A DNA stretch of 64,000 nt, taken from the NCBI RefSeq assembly GCF_004010195.1, contig NC_057719.1:32556537-32620536 (forward strand), in the 5' to 3' direction. Shown piece by piece: positions 26,219 through 38,814 of the stretch. This DNA comes from Chiloscyllium plagiosum. Taxonomy: Eukaryota. The notes below the pieces were generated by a model. That model saw only the letters and a list, made by a program, of their open reading frames with translations. It was not told where the DNA came from and searched no databases. The translations under genes were made by a program, and so were the position numbers. The number at the start of each line of letters is the position of its first letter. Position 1 is the first letter of the stretch.

Positions 26219-27980
26219 TATGTTGTATTTCAGGCCATGTTCTTGTAATACAATGGTAACACTACTTTTTTTCTGCCTTGTCGCATTGCCATGCTGTTCA
26301 GTATGCGTATTTGCTATGATTTTGGTTCCGGACATAAGCTGACAATTTCTCATGGGTTCCAGGGACCATCAGTTGTGTTTTTTTACTCAAACTCCAATGT
26401 TCAGGTTAGGTAATTTTGTAACATAGATAATGACAGTGTGGACATGTTCATTTTCCCTTGTTTTACAAGTGATGCATTACATATTCCATGATTACCACAA
26501 AATGACACCTGAGAAGGCTGGTCCAAACTGGTCTGCCAAATGATAATTCTATTTTTTTTCACAATACAATGTTTGCTCGGTAGAAATGGGTTCAGTTCGC
26601 TTCAGTTCCAACAGCATCATGTAGTCGGATGGTTGATGATCTGAACTTCAGCATTAAGTGATTCATTCCTAGTTTAATCACAGGATTATCTCCGGTCTGC
26701 ATTATTTACTTCGCAATACCATATGCACGGACTACGGACAGGATTTTGTAGATCAGTAAGCCTGAGATCACCACAACTGAGATATCCATAATATAAAACT
26801 TCTTGGGTGACTATAGTGAGCATTAGTGTGACCCTTGATTAAACTAGGTCTCTGGAATGGAATCTCGAGGTCTCTGCATATGATGAGTCGGTCGAATTAT
26901 CACTTGCCTCTTCTATGAGCTGATACATTTCAGTTTCTGACATTTGCAGTGGAATACAGTGGGCATCTTCAGGGTACATTCTGGATATCAGACTCCCTGA
27001 CCTGCATACCTTCCTAAGCTTAATTCTATTAGCCATCATGCCAATGGGAAATAGATCATGCATAGTTTAGACTCTGACAATGCCTTTGTACTTGGGTCAT
27101 TTTTTCAAACTGCATCATTTAGGTAATTCCAAGATGTATTTTTGGAAACATGGAAACATAGAAAATAGGAGCAGGGGTAGGCCATTCTGCCCATCAAGTC
27201 TGCTTCATTATTCAATATGGCCATGGCTGATCATCTCACTCAGTCCCCTGTTTCTGTTTTCTCCCTGACTCTTTAAAACCTTTAGTCTCAATAACTATAT
27301 CTCACTCCTTCTTGAAAACTTTCAATATTTTGGTCACAGCTTCTTTCTGTGGCAGAAAATTCCAGAGGCTCACCACTCTCCAGGTGAAAAAATATTCGCC
27401 TCCTCTCAGTCCCAAATGGCTTATCCCGTATCCTTAAATTGCGAGTGCTGGTTATGGAATCCTCGGTTATCAGGACATTGTTCCTGTGTACATTCTGTCT
27501 AATTCTGTTATAAATAAGTTTCGATGAGATTCCCCCATGTTTTTTAAAATCTCTCTCCATGCAACAGTCCTGCCATCCCAGGAATCAGTGTTATGCATTC
27601 ACCCTAGCTAGAACAGTCATTCCTAGGCAAGGAGACCAAGAATGAACATAATAATGTCTCACTAAGGTCTAGTATAATTGTAGCAACATATTTCAGTTCC
27701 TGTTCTCCAATCCTCTCATTATGAAGGCCAACACACCATTTGTCTTCTTCATTGCTTGTTGTACCTGTATGCTTACTTTCAGCAACTGGTATGAATGGAT
27801 ACCCATGTCTCATTGTACCTCCCCCTTTCCTAATACATCACTATTCAGATAATAATCTGCTTTTCTATTTTGCTAACCTCATATTTATCCACTTTATACT
27901 TCATCAACTGTGCATTTGCCCAGTCATTCAACTTGTTCAAATCACAGTGAATCAGCTCTGCAATCTCCTCACAGTTCACC

Positions 27981-29505
27981 TGTGTAGGAGCAAAACTGCT
28001 GACCGAGAACAAAGACTTGGGAAGCAGGCATAATTCAGGCACATGACAGTTTTTATTCAAGCAGTCACCAAATCATGCCTGGAGAGGGCCAGAGACTAGC
28101 CATGAATTTGGCATCGATGTGAGGACTCAATTGTCTCCTTAATCTTTGGTTCAGATAAGAAGAGAGGTCAATAATGCTCTGATTTTTCCAGTGCGATACA
28201 GTATTTTTATACATTTTATGTTACAATAATCACATACAATGTGGTCACAGTGCCTCCCTCATTATTCTGTAAGTCCAATCCAGTGAAATAACTAATCAAT
28301 GATGGATACTCCTATGGACAGCCCTAGGCTCCCCATGATCTCATAATGTTTTAACAGACGTAATAATCATTGGGTCTTTAGATCTTTCAATGCATCTTAT
28401 TAATTTGCATTCCAAAGTTACTGGCTATACTCTTTAGACATGACCCAGACTTGCTTATCTCTAAGTACCACTTGTATTCTGCTATTCATTGTATTCATTG
28501 CTCTCCCTATCAAATTCTGTTACTCATCTTATATTTCCCACAGTCCTAATTATAAAAGATACAAAAGGTTCTTTTGTAACTTGGTATTTACTAACTGCTA
28601 TAAGATTTATAATTTTAGTTCTACTATAAGGTTAGTAAAGTTTTATATGTACCTCTACGGTTAGCATTCTTTAACTAATGTGTTGTGAACAATTTGTTTC
28701 TCACTGTGTATACCAGGCACCCCAATCTTTATCTTCATGTGTCTCAGGCTACTTCCCACTGTCTGCTAGTCTTCTGTGTCTTCGGTTCATTTCTTCCTTT
28801 TAATGATAAGTGAGCTGGTTTACTGTCTGAGACTGGTTAACATTCATATTTTCACTTGAATTTTTTTCTCTAATGCTTTTAGAGATTTTTGTATTTTGTA
28901 CATATGTATATCTGTAAGTACTATAATCTATCGCTGTGATTATCTCAAGTGTCTTTAACCAGAACCTAATTGCAGTGACATGTCTTTATCTGATGTTTTC
29001 ACAGCTGCATCTATGCTGATCACATACGGTCTTCTGGGATGAGATTTACTGCCCATGTCCTGACTAACTCTTTTCACCTAATGGAACCATCTCTTTTTTC
29101 ATTGATAAGACTAAAACTCAATCACTTTCACAACTTGCTGAACGTTTGGTCTCCTCATTTTTTATGAGCCACAATCCCATTAGTTCACCTGTGTTTGTTA
29201 TTGTGGGAGCTTGCTTTTCCCTTCAATGTTTGTTACAAATTTTCAAGCTGTCTGTCCTTGGACGATTCTTATCAAACTGTCTCTAATGGACCTTTTGCAG
29301 CTGCTGTTTGTGTAGAACTCCCATTTACCTTTGAATAACTTCTGCTTAAAGGTACCATTTTGTCAACTCTTGATCTCACTTAAATGCTGGATCAGACTTT
29401 TAATTCTGTTTAACCATTGTCAGTCATTTTGTGTCTCTGAGTTATGGACAGTCCTAACATAGCCATTTTGTGTCTGTGTCCACTTATATTTGTGCCTTTT
29501 GCACA
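27981..29505 (-). mobile_element. ERV/LTR-element remnant: LTR plus degraded internal region
   Basis: TG terminus 27981-27984; minus-strand AATAAA (28052-28057) and TATAAA (28206-28211); minus KGKWEFYTNSSCKR (~29291-29332) resembles the RNase H YTDGS motif. Confidence 0.5.
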
Positions 29506-29532
29506 TGTAGAGATTGTGTTCCCTCATCTAAA

Positions 29533-29843
29533 TTAGATTAAATTACTTACAGTATGGAAACAGGCCCTTCATCCCAACAAGTCCCTCTGAAGAGCAACCC
29601 ACCCAGACCCATTCCCCTACATTTACCCCTTCACCTAACATTACGGGCAATTTCGCATGGCCAATTCACCTAACCTGCACATTTTTGGACTGTGGGAGGA
29701 AACCGGAGCACCCGGAGGAAATCCACGCAGACACAGGGAGAATGTGAAAACTCCATACAGACAGTTGCATGAGGTGGGAATTGAACCCGGGTCTCTGCCA
29801 CTGTGGGGCAGCAGTGCTAACCACTGTGCCACCATGCCACCCC
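29533..29843 (-). mobile_element. HE1 SINE
   Basis: Same boxes, core and tail as other copies. Confidence 0.9.
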
Positions 29844-30974
29844 TTTAATATATATTGTGAATAATAAACACAGACCTCTGCAGTACCCACTAATCACTGC
29901 CTGTCACTCAGAACAAGACCAGCTTACTCTTACTGTTTGTTTCCTGTCTAACAACCTATTCTTTATTCATGCCAGTTCATGACTGCCAATGCAAAATTAG
30001 TGTTGCATGCTAATCTCTTCCATCAAACCATATCAAAAGCCTTCTGAAGGTCTAAGTAAGCCTCATCCATTGGCTCTCCCTTATCTTGAAGAATTCCAGT
30101 AGGTTTACCAAGCCAGATTTCCCCGTTATAATGCCATGCTGACTCTGTCTGGTCCTGTCAGGCTTTCTTTGGGCTAGATGGTATCATGAACTCAATTATT
30201 CTTGCAGCTAGCTCTGTTTCCTGAAGTCACAATCATTACCACGTCTCTACATCGACTCATGAACTGATCAATCATTCCTGTCCGTTGTTGCCTGAGAGCC
30301 TTGAATTCCAGATGATGTATTCTGAAGTAAAATTTCTTTTATAATTAATCTTTATGTGCTGGCCATATATTTTCTGGATTTTTAAATTGATATCAGTCTA
30401 TGGAGGCCTTCGCTGCCTGCAGCAATTTTCTTTCTAATAGCTTGACTATCTGATATATAAATATTGAGTCAATACAATACAGAACACCACAATGGTTAAA
30501 TTCAGGCAGTTGCTCCATGGCCTTCCAGTTGAGTGTTAAAAGTATTGTTGTCATCGTTTTGCTTTTGGCAAGAAATATAATGCATTTGGACAATTATTTA
30601 AGTTTCCTTAAATTCCGTTAAAGTTAAGTTAGATCTAAGATACAGCACATTGAATAGCCACTGCCTTTAGCTGGTCATAGGTCACTGCAATGGCCACTCT
30701 GTTGAGCTCTTTACAATTATTTTGAGTTTCAGCTCTAATCTTACTCACTGATTTTGGTGGGAAAAGTAACTGTAGCCTTTGAATATGAAAAAGCAAATAG
30801 TGGAAAAAGCTTTCTTTTAAACATGATCTTATTTCCTGCTCCGAGCTTTACTAGATAGATTCTTCCTCTCAATCCAATCTGTAGTATTTCACTTCAGCAC
30901 TTATTGATTCTTCTGTTCCTGAATAATGATTAAAACACCTCTACTTTGAAGTCTACTGTTTAATATCTGTCCCT

Positions 30975-31580
30975 GTTAGACCTTGCAGCAAGTAGCTGCA
31001 GAAAGCTACAACACACAATGTTTGGGATTCATAAAATGTTAGTCTACAGTTTGAGTAGGTACAGGGGAAGCCAAATGGAATAATGGCCTTTTCAAAGAGA
31101 ATGGAGTATAAACACAGAGAGGTCTTGCTAAAGCAAATACCAGTCAGATCACAGCTGAAATACTTTAAACAGTTTTGGGCACTTTTTCTAAGGAAAGATA
31201 ATGCTAGCACTTGAGGCAGTCCAGAGAATGTTCAGTATGTCGATCCTGGATATGGAAGTGGAGAGGTCTTAAGAGGAGCAGTTGAGTAAGTTGGGCATGT
31301 ACCCATTGGAGTTTAGAAGAATGAGAGGTGACTTTACTGAAACATTCAAGATTCTTCGAGAATTTGACAGGGGGGTAGATGCAGTTGTTTCCCTTTGTGG
31401 GAGAGTCTGGCATCAAAGGGCATAATCTCATACTTACGACAGTGATGAGAAGGAATTCTACAGACTCGCTACTTTCTCAGAGAAGAAATTCCTCCCCTTT
31501 TTTGTCTTAAAGGGGTGACCCCTTATTCTGAGAGTATGAACACCCTGGTACTAGACTCTCTCACAAGGGGAATTAACTTT
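30975..31580. mobile_element. Two degraded CR1 fragments in opposite orientation
   Basis: Plus-strand CR1 to ~31460 (gagtttagaagaatgagaggtgac...gatgagaaggaatt), then minus-strand fragment covering the same region (agaagaaattcctc...tagactctctcacaagggg). Confidence 0.65.
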
Positions 31581-31634
31581 GGCTGAACATTTATGTTCTG
31601 TCCATAAAAATGACCCTGGACTTTCAGTTGCCTA

Positions 31635-32165
31635 TCAATTCAACATATTGCCATGTTCCCATGCCAACATTTGTCTCAGGCCTTCTGCAGAGCTTCAGCA
31701 ACACTCAGTGTAAGCTGGAGAAACAACACTTTATCTTCCACTTGGAGCCTTTCTACCTTTAGAATGCAACATTGAATTTAACCCTCTTTCTTGTCTATCA
31801 CTAATGCCCACATCCCAGGATGTGTCACGAAATGGTTTGCTTTCTTGGGATTAGCCAACCCATTTTCAATTACCCCCATTATTACCTATCTAGATTGTCT
31901 TCTTCCCTGTCTTACTATCAACAATCCCTTTGTCTGCCTCCCCTTTTTCCAATGTTATCTCTGGGCTCCCTCTCCACCTATCTGCTCACTCCTTCTCCCT
32001 TTAACCCCCATTATTTCTCAGTTGTTATCAATTCTGAAGAAGAGACACTAGGCCAAAACATTAACTGTGTTTGCCCTCCACAGATGCTGCCAAACATGCT
32101 GAGTTTTTCCAACAATTGGGTACTTTTGTTTGTTTCGATCTCCAGCATCCACAGCTTCCATTCGT
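31635..32165 (+). mobile_element. Old PLE 3' fragment
   Basis: aagctggagaaacaacactttatcttccacttgg (KLEKQHFIFHLG, GIY-YIG end); ctgaagaag...aaaacatt hammerhead relic; gatgctgcc...tgctgagtttttcc pLTR. Confidence 0.6.
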
Positions 32166-32439
32166 TTCATGAAAGAAGTGATAAAGTGCTAAAGTTACTT
32201 TAGTGTTACTTTAAGAGCTGGATATGCAAATGAACCAAGGGCCATGTGGTTGGATTCACTTACAGAAATAAGAATGAAATTTAAATGGGGGAGAGTTAGA
32301 GCTCAAATTCTTCACAGTTCATGAAATACAGTTTCAAAAATAAGGTGAGGAACACAATCTTGCAAATTATGCACCTACTAATTTGACAACCTATAGTTCA
32401 AAACTGAAGATGACTTCCTTCTACTGTGGAGTTGTGGAT

Positions 32440-32940
32440 TCTGAGCTGACGAACCTGTCCAATGTTGGGTCTGAACACACAGCCACAAGTGCTGAGGGTG
32501 GCATTTGAAGAACTGGGTGACAAAGAGCAGGTATTTGCTTGGATTTTTCAATGCTTCTCCCACTGTTTGCTCTTGGCTTCCACCTGAACCTGTTGGAGAC
32601 ACTCAAGATGGTTTGCCATTCTTAGATGTTTCTTATCTGGGTGTGTGCTCTTGGGCAAAATGTTCCCATGTGTTGGTGGAAGCACTGCATTTTTTCAGGG
32701 GGCTTTGGGGATTGCTTTGAGGTGTTTTCTCTGCCTTCGTGGTAACCATTTGCTGTGATGGAGCTCAGTTCAGAGACCTTATTTTGGAAGTCTTGTATCA
32801 GGCATGAAGACAATGTGGCCCATTTAAAGCTGGTAACAAAGAATAAACAATGCTTCAATACTGGCAATAATAGCCTGAGAAAGGACACATTTTGGAGTAT
32901 CTATTTTGACATTGGATTTGCATGATTGTAGGAAAGCTGC
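32440..32940 (-). mobile_element. RTE-clade LINE 3' fragment, degraded
   Basis: Minus QL*MGHIVFMPDTRLPK...ELHHSK resembles RTE QLRWAGHxxRMxDxRLPK...YSEL. Confidence 0.65.
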
Positions 32941-33029
32941 TGTTAAAGAGTTAATGTAATCTTACATAAAATGTTGCATTATTGCTCAAAAAATAGCACT
33001 CACAATGACGATCCTCAAAAGCATTGGCA

Positions 33030-33375
33030 TAATAAGACATAGCAGTAGAAGTTGGCCATTCAGCCCATTGAGTCTCTGTACCATTTAATGAGATCATGGC
33101 TAGTCAATGAGATGATGATCATCAATTCCACTTTCCTGCCTGTCTCCTCATACCTTAATTCCCTTCATAATTAAAAATCTGTCTCAATCCTGAATGTACT
33201 TAATAACTCAGACTCGACAGCCCTCTCCAGGAAAGGATCCCACTGATTCACTACCATGTGAGAGAAAAAAGTTCCTCACCATCTCTATCTGAGCTGGGCA
33301 ACCCCATTCTTCCAACTCTGAGACTGTACCCTTTGGTCCTAGGCTCTTCCACAGAGAGAAACAGCCTCTCCGCAT
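33030..33375 (-). mobile_element. CR1 3' fragment
   Basis: ataagacatagcagtagaagttggccattcagcccattgag tail and CR1 3' UTR-like sequence. Confidence 0.7.
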
Positions 33376-34069
33376 CAGAACTAACCATCTGTGTTAGTGG
33401 ATTGCCTTAGCTGCCAGTGACTTTTGACTTTTAGGGAAGGAAATCAGCCATCCCCACATGGTCTGGCCAACATGTGACTCTAGACCCATAGCAATATGAT
33501 TGACTCTTAACTACTCTTGGATTCATTAAGGTCAAAGACAATTTGGCAAAATAAAATGGCCTTGATTGTGACACCCACAACTCATGAAACAAAATGTGCA
33601 ATTATGGTAATTAAATGTAACCAATTAATAAAACATACAGATGCTGATGGCTAGAGGAAATCTGAAACCTGAAAAAAAACTTGATAAATTATCTTCTTGA
33701 GTACAAATAAAAACCAAATCAATGCAGGCTCTAGTGGAATATAGAAATTGCATGGGGATATCTTAAGAAAGCAATTAGGAGCATAAAGACAGGGAATGAA
33801 AAGGTACTGGTGGGTAAGATTAGGGAGAATCCCAAGATATTCTACAAATATATCAAGGGGAAGAAGGTAGGTAGAGCAAGAGCATTAGTCACCAAAGAAG
33901 CAATCCTTCAGGGAGCCAGCGGATATTGGTAGGGTATTAAATGAGTACTTTACTTCTGTTCTCACCCGGGAGAAAGAGGATGTTGGTACAGAATCTGGGG
34001 ATGTGATGTTCTTTAGCAGTTTGGCTTAGGAAATGAGGAGGTTTTGGTGGGCTTAGAAGTCACCAAATC

Positions 34070-34295
34070 AGTATGTAAGTTAGCTCGCTGAGTTGGAGGG
34101 TTTGTTTTCAGATGTTTCGTCACCATGACTCGGTAACATTCGTGAGGGTTTCTGGTGAAGCGCTTCACTGGAGACTCTCACTGATGATGTTATCTAGTCA
34201 TGACGATGCAACATCTGAAAACAAACCTTCCAGCTCAGTGAGCTAACTGACATAATTTTCATCAACCTGAGCTACAAATCTTCTCAAACATCGCT
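34070..34295. mobile_element. Hairpin mini-PLE, family C, degraded
   Basis: Arms tatgtaagttagctcgctgagttggagggtttgttttcagatg / catctgaaaacaaaccttccagctcagtgagctaactgacata, plus right-hand tail tcaacctgagctacaaatcttctcaaa; similar to 46934-47350; TSD eroded. Confidence 0.75.
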
Positions 34296-35481
34296 AGCCC
34301 ACAAATTCTTAGGTCTGGATGAATTGTAGCCCAGGCTGCTTTGGGAAAATGAGGGAGCAAAGTAAAGTCTCTGTCTCAAATTTTTAATTCCTCTCTGGCC
34401 ACAGGAGAGATTCCAGAGGACTGTAGAACAGCTAAGTTGTTCCACATTTCAGGAAGTGCAGTAGCGCTGAGCCAGGCAATAATAGAGCAGTAAATCTCAC
34501 ATCAGTGGCAGGGAATCTATTGGATAAAAATTCAAAGAGGAGAATTTTCACTTGAAACATCAAGGTTTAATCAAGGATACTTAGCATGGTTTGTCAAAGG
34601 GAGGTCACACCGAAAAAATTTGTTTTGAGTTTTTTGAGATTTGGTCTATAGATGAGGGTAGTGCTGTTGGTGTAGTTTATATAGTTTTCAGTAAAGGCTT
34701 TGACCGGTTCCCACATGGGATGGTGAAAGACACCAGCAGCATATCAGAACCTCAAGAGAGTTGGGGACAGAGTTGAGTGTAGTGGCCATCACGAAGGAGA
34801 AGGTGCTGGGGAAGCTGAAAGGTTTGAAGGTGCATACATTACCCAGATTAGATGAACTACACCCCAGGGTTCTGAAGGAGATAGCAAAGGAATTTGTGGA
34901 GATATTGTTGGTGACCTTTCAGGAATCACTTGAGTCAGAGAGGATTCTGACTCATGCAAAACATTAATGTAACACCACCTTTTTAAGAAGGAAGTGGGGC
35001 AGAAGACAGGAAACTATAGGTTGGTTAGCTTGGCCTCCATTATAATGGATAAGATTGCAGTGTACTTGGAAATGTATGGTAATATAGGGCTGAGTCAGCA
35101 CAGCAGAGATAACTAGTTTTTAATTAGTAAGGGGATCAAGGGTTACAGGCAGAAGGCAGGAGAATGGGGTTGAGAAACATATCATGCTATGATTAAATGG
35201 TGGAGCAGACCTAATGGGCTGAATGACTTCTTTCTGCTCCAATACCAAATGGTTTGATGGTCAAAGGAAACTGCTGAAGAAGCTAAAGGCAGATGGAATC
35301 TAGGGTGATTTGGCAAGTTGAATCCAACATTGACTTCATGGTAAGAGTCAGAGACTGGTGGTAAAAGGCTGTTTGTGTGACAGGAGGCTGGTGTGCCTTG
35401 GTGTACCACAGGAATCAGTGCTGGGTCCCTTACCCTTGTGATATATATGAAGGAAATAGAAGAAACTCTGAGGTGGGATGA

Positions 35482-35702
35482 TTCGGAGATGCCGGTGTTG
35501 GACTGGGGTGTACAAAGTTAAAAATCACACAACACCAGGTTATAGTCCAACAGGTTTAATTGGAAGCACACTAGCTTTCGGAGCGACGCTCCTTCAGCAG
35601 GTGATTGCACAATCACCTGATGAGGGAGCGTCGCTCCGAAAGCTAGTGTGCTTCCAATTCAACCTGTTGGACTATAACCTAGTGTTGTGTGATTTTTAAC
35701 CT
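35482..35702. mobile_element. Hairpin mini-PLE, family B
   Basis: ~90-bp inverted arms around 35608; 13-bp TSD tgaggtgggatga 35469-35481 / 35703-35715. Confidence 0.9.
35613..35649 (+). ncRNA. Minimal hammerhead ribozyme motif
   Basis: cac, CTGATGA 35617-35623, G, GGAGC-GTC-GCTCC, GAAA 35638-35641, GC, TA, gtg; palindromic AGCT stem III; stem I cac/gtg. Confidence 0.72.
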
Positions 35703-36227
35703 TGAGGTGGGATGAGTAGGTTTGATACCAGGTAGTTTGCAGAGAGGAAGAAAGTCTTAGGCTACAAGAGAATATGGACAGATTGATCAGATGGGTGGAT
35801 CAGTGGGAGATGGAATTTAACCCCAACAAGTATGAAGTGATGCACTTTGTAAGAAAAACAAGGCAAGGGAGTATTCAATGAATGGCAGGTAGCGAGGAAG
35901 CTCGAGGGACCTTAGGCTTGAGCATGATCCCTGAAGGCAGCAGGACGTAGATTATAAGACCTTGGAGATTATGTTAGAGCTGTACAGGACTTTGGTTATG
36001 CCACAGCTGGACTACTGTGTGCAGGTTTTGACACACCACTTTAGAAAGGATGCAATGGAACTGGAGAGAACATGAAGGGGTTTCACTAGGATATTGCCTG
36101 GGATGTCTTATTTGAAGGGAGAATAACAAGGGGGCAGAAGTTTAAGGGGAAAAGCAGGAAGTTTAGAGGGAATTTTAGGAAAAGTGCTGACCCAGATGTG
36201 GTGGGTATCTGAAATATGTTGGTGCCT

Positions 36228-36409
36228 AGATTAGAGTGGTGCTGGAAAAGCACAGCTGGTCAGGCAGCATCCGAGGTGCAGGAAAATCGACGTCTCAGGC
36301 AAACGTCGATTTTCCTGCTCCTCGGATGCTGCCTGACCAACTGTGCTTTTCCAGCATCACTCTGATTTAGACTCTGATTTCCAGCATCTGCAGTCCTCAC
36401 TTTTGCCTG
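36228..36409. mobile_element. Hairpin mini-PLE, family A (tail on right)
   Basis: Inverted arms around ~36298; duplicated tctgaaatat 36208-36217 / 36410-36419; hammerhead core deleted at the apex. Confidence 0.8.
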
Positions 36410-38814
36410 TCTGAAATATTTTGCCTGGGAGAGTATTCAAGGCTGGAAACCTCACAACCCTTAAAAATTATTTGGGTGAGCATTTGAAATGTGATAACAT
36501 TCAAGGCAATAGACCAAGTGCTGGAAAGTGAAACTAACGTAGATTTAGAATAGTTTTTTCAGTCTCATCTGCACTGTATGATCATCAAGCAGCTGGTAAA
36601 TTGAATTTAACCAATTAGTTAAAATAAAGAATCTAACATAGTCTTGGATTAGCAAGATTTCCAAGGTACCAGATTGTCACTTTTAAAATTCAAACTACCA
36701 GGTTTATTGATTTCTTATGGCATTCAATTATTGTTCCACCTTCTGGCTTATACAAAACTCCAAGCCTACAGCAGTCAGTTTGATTATTCTTAACTGTCCT
36801 CTGAAATAACCAATCAAGTCACTTTCTACCCAAGTAGTTGATTCACCATTACCTTCTTGGCTATTAGAAGTGAGCAATAAATTAGGCAATTAGCTCGCGA
36901 TGCCTACAACCTGTGACTGAGAAATAAAAATTGTGTTCTCCAAAGGATTCTGTAAACGTTTTGCTGTAAGAAGAAATATTTTGTCAAACCTTTTCATCTT
37001 ACATTAATGTTAGATGCAGGTAAGTCCAACACAGCATCCATTATTAGATGTGTTCTTTGCAGACAGAAAACATGTACATATACACTGCAACTGTTTAAAC
37101 ACAACAAAATAAACAATAGCCATTCAGTTATTGGTTCATTTCTCAGGTGATGACCTGACCAACCTGCCTGATTTAAAATTAAACAAAACCTGTCTGTCAA
37201 CTGTCAATCAGCATTAATGGATGCATTCTCCATGAAAACACCTTTACTAATCAGAGTTCACTTGCCAACCAATCAGCACTTCACAGATAATATAAATGTT
37301 GAGTTGCCCCTTAAATTGGTATTCTTGTGAATTATCCTGATGAGTGCAAGACATAAAGCTTCAACAAAGTCTTTTCGGCAATACTCAAGTTCTGTGCTAC
37401 TAAGTGACTATTTGATTCTGTAAGAAAGAAAGGACATTTATACATCACGTTTTATACCTCAGGACTTTCCAACACTTAATCAAGCACTAATATATCAAAG
37501 CCACTATTCTAATGTAGGGAGTATGTAAGCCATTTCAACAATAAATTTCCAATAAAATGCATCAAGGTAAATGATCAGACAATCACATAAAAGATGTTTA
37601 TTGGGGAATAAATGATGGCCAGGAGACTATTGTTCATTGATTTAGTGCTATTGGATTTTTTTAGCCGAGTCACTAGGATAGATGGGAACTTGGTTTAAAG
37701 TCTTATTCAAAAAATGGCAGCTATGACAATAGAGTATTCCCTCAGTACTGCAGAAATACAACAGAATCATGGGAAGAGAATAAAAGATGGGAAAACCAAT
37801 TGGGCTCTTGGTCTTATCATTTTGTCCATCATTAACACTGTTATGGAACAAACTGTCACTGATCTTGATCATAGAGAGGAATTGGGTAGTGATTAGAGTA
37901 GTGATCCTCCATTGACTGAACCCAAGCTGTCAAAGGAGCCCAGTCACAAAGAAAGGAAAATCTAGTAGTTTACTTCTTAAATCTCTATTATTAACACCAG
38001 TGGAATTTATTTGAATCCTTAGTTTTTGAATCCATTAGATAACCATCAGTGTGACAAAACATTAAGCATTTATTTAATTTGTTAAGACTATTTTTGAAAT
38101 ACAACTTGCTGAGTTTCCAAGAAGAGACTATTTATTGCAACATGCTATTTTTAAGAGATATGAAAAGTGTGACTAAACCTTGTCACTATTTGCCAATGTA
38201 GTTTATCTGGAATGAATCTAATGCAGAATCCCTGCTGTGTTTGCTAAACTTTCATGTTACACCAAATTCATACTTACAGCTGACAGCAGTAACAACTTGA
38301 CATATCCCTGGGGTCCCTGACAGAGGGAAAGCTGAGCATTAGTCAACACATTTTAAACACTTTTCTGCATTCTCTGACTTTCCATGTGCTGTCCACTGGT
38401 TCAACTGGTATTGGTGATACAACACAGAGTTTTTGACACTGAGTTATTTGAATGCACATCATAAATCACAACTGCACACTGGTTTACATATACAGATATG
38501 ATGTAAATTAAATATAGACACAGTTAGTGTTTGTATTCTGACTGGGAGAAATAGTAACATGACCAGAACCAAATTACCCAACGTTTTGTACAGTAGATGA
38601 CAAATATTAATTAAGCAGAAGTGATTACTTCAGGTAAAATTCATACAGTACAGGGCTTAGATATTTGATTATCCACTATTCAGAAGCACTGAATGGGCAG
38701 CTAAATCTTAAATACAGCAGGCAGGAAATATAAACTGATTAAAGACCAGAAATGTTGGCCTGCATTAAACTATAGAAGTTCAGGGTCAGGCACCTATTGC
38801 AGTCTCTGGCTTAA

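Larger units (their letters stand above)
27144..30160 (-). mobile_element. Degraded CR1 LINE split by an ERV-like fragment and HE1
   Basis: 3' tail (gaaacat)n at ~27145; RT-region sequence to 27980; resumes at ~29508 (gttccctcatctaaat) and 29844-30160 (tcaaaagccttctgaag = FQKAFD-like on minus). Confidence 0.8.
25130..30700 (-). mobile_element. Degraded, internally deleted Ty3/Gypsy LTR retrotransposon hosting nested insertions
   Basis: Gag-like LNWKAMEQLPEF and FRIHHLEFKALRQQRTGMIDQFMSRCR..GNDCDF..ETELAARIIEF (~30180-30560); protease-like RMYP and PKKFYIMD (~26740-26990); integrase-end-like LSFGRPVWTSL (~26515-26550); PPT-like aaaataaggaagg then TG at ~25437; outer limits uncertain. Confidence 0.6.
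33755..36582 (+). mobile_element. Old CR1 LINE with nested CR1 (~34720-35260) and three hairpin PLEs
   Basis: KIRENPKIFYKYIKG, FSKGFDRFPH, gtaccacaggaatcagtgctgggtcc, cagtgggagatggaatttaacccc motifs in order, heavily frameshifted. Confidence 0.75.

Noticed and set aside
26705..26800. Hydrophobic MDISVVVISGLLIYKILSVVRAYGIAK as a viral glycoprotein transmembrane segment
   Set aside because: Context (RMYP upstream, PKKFYIMD, integrase-like FGRPV downstream, gag beyond the CR1) fits a decayed Gypsy protease region better.
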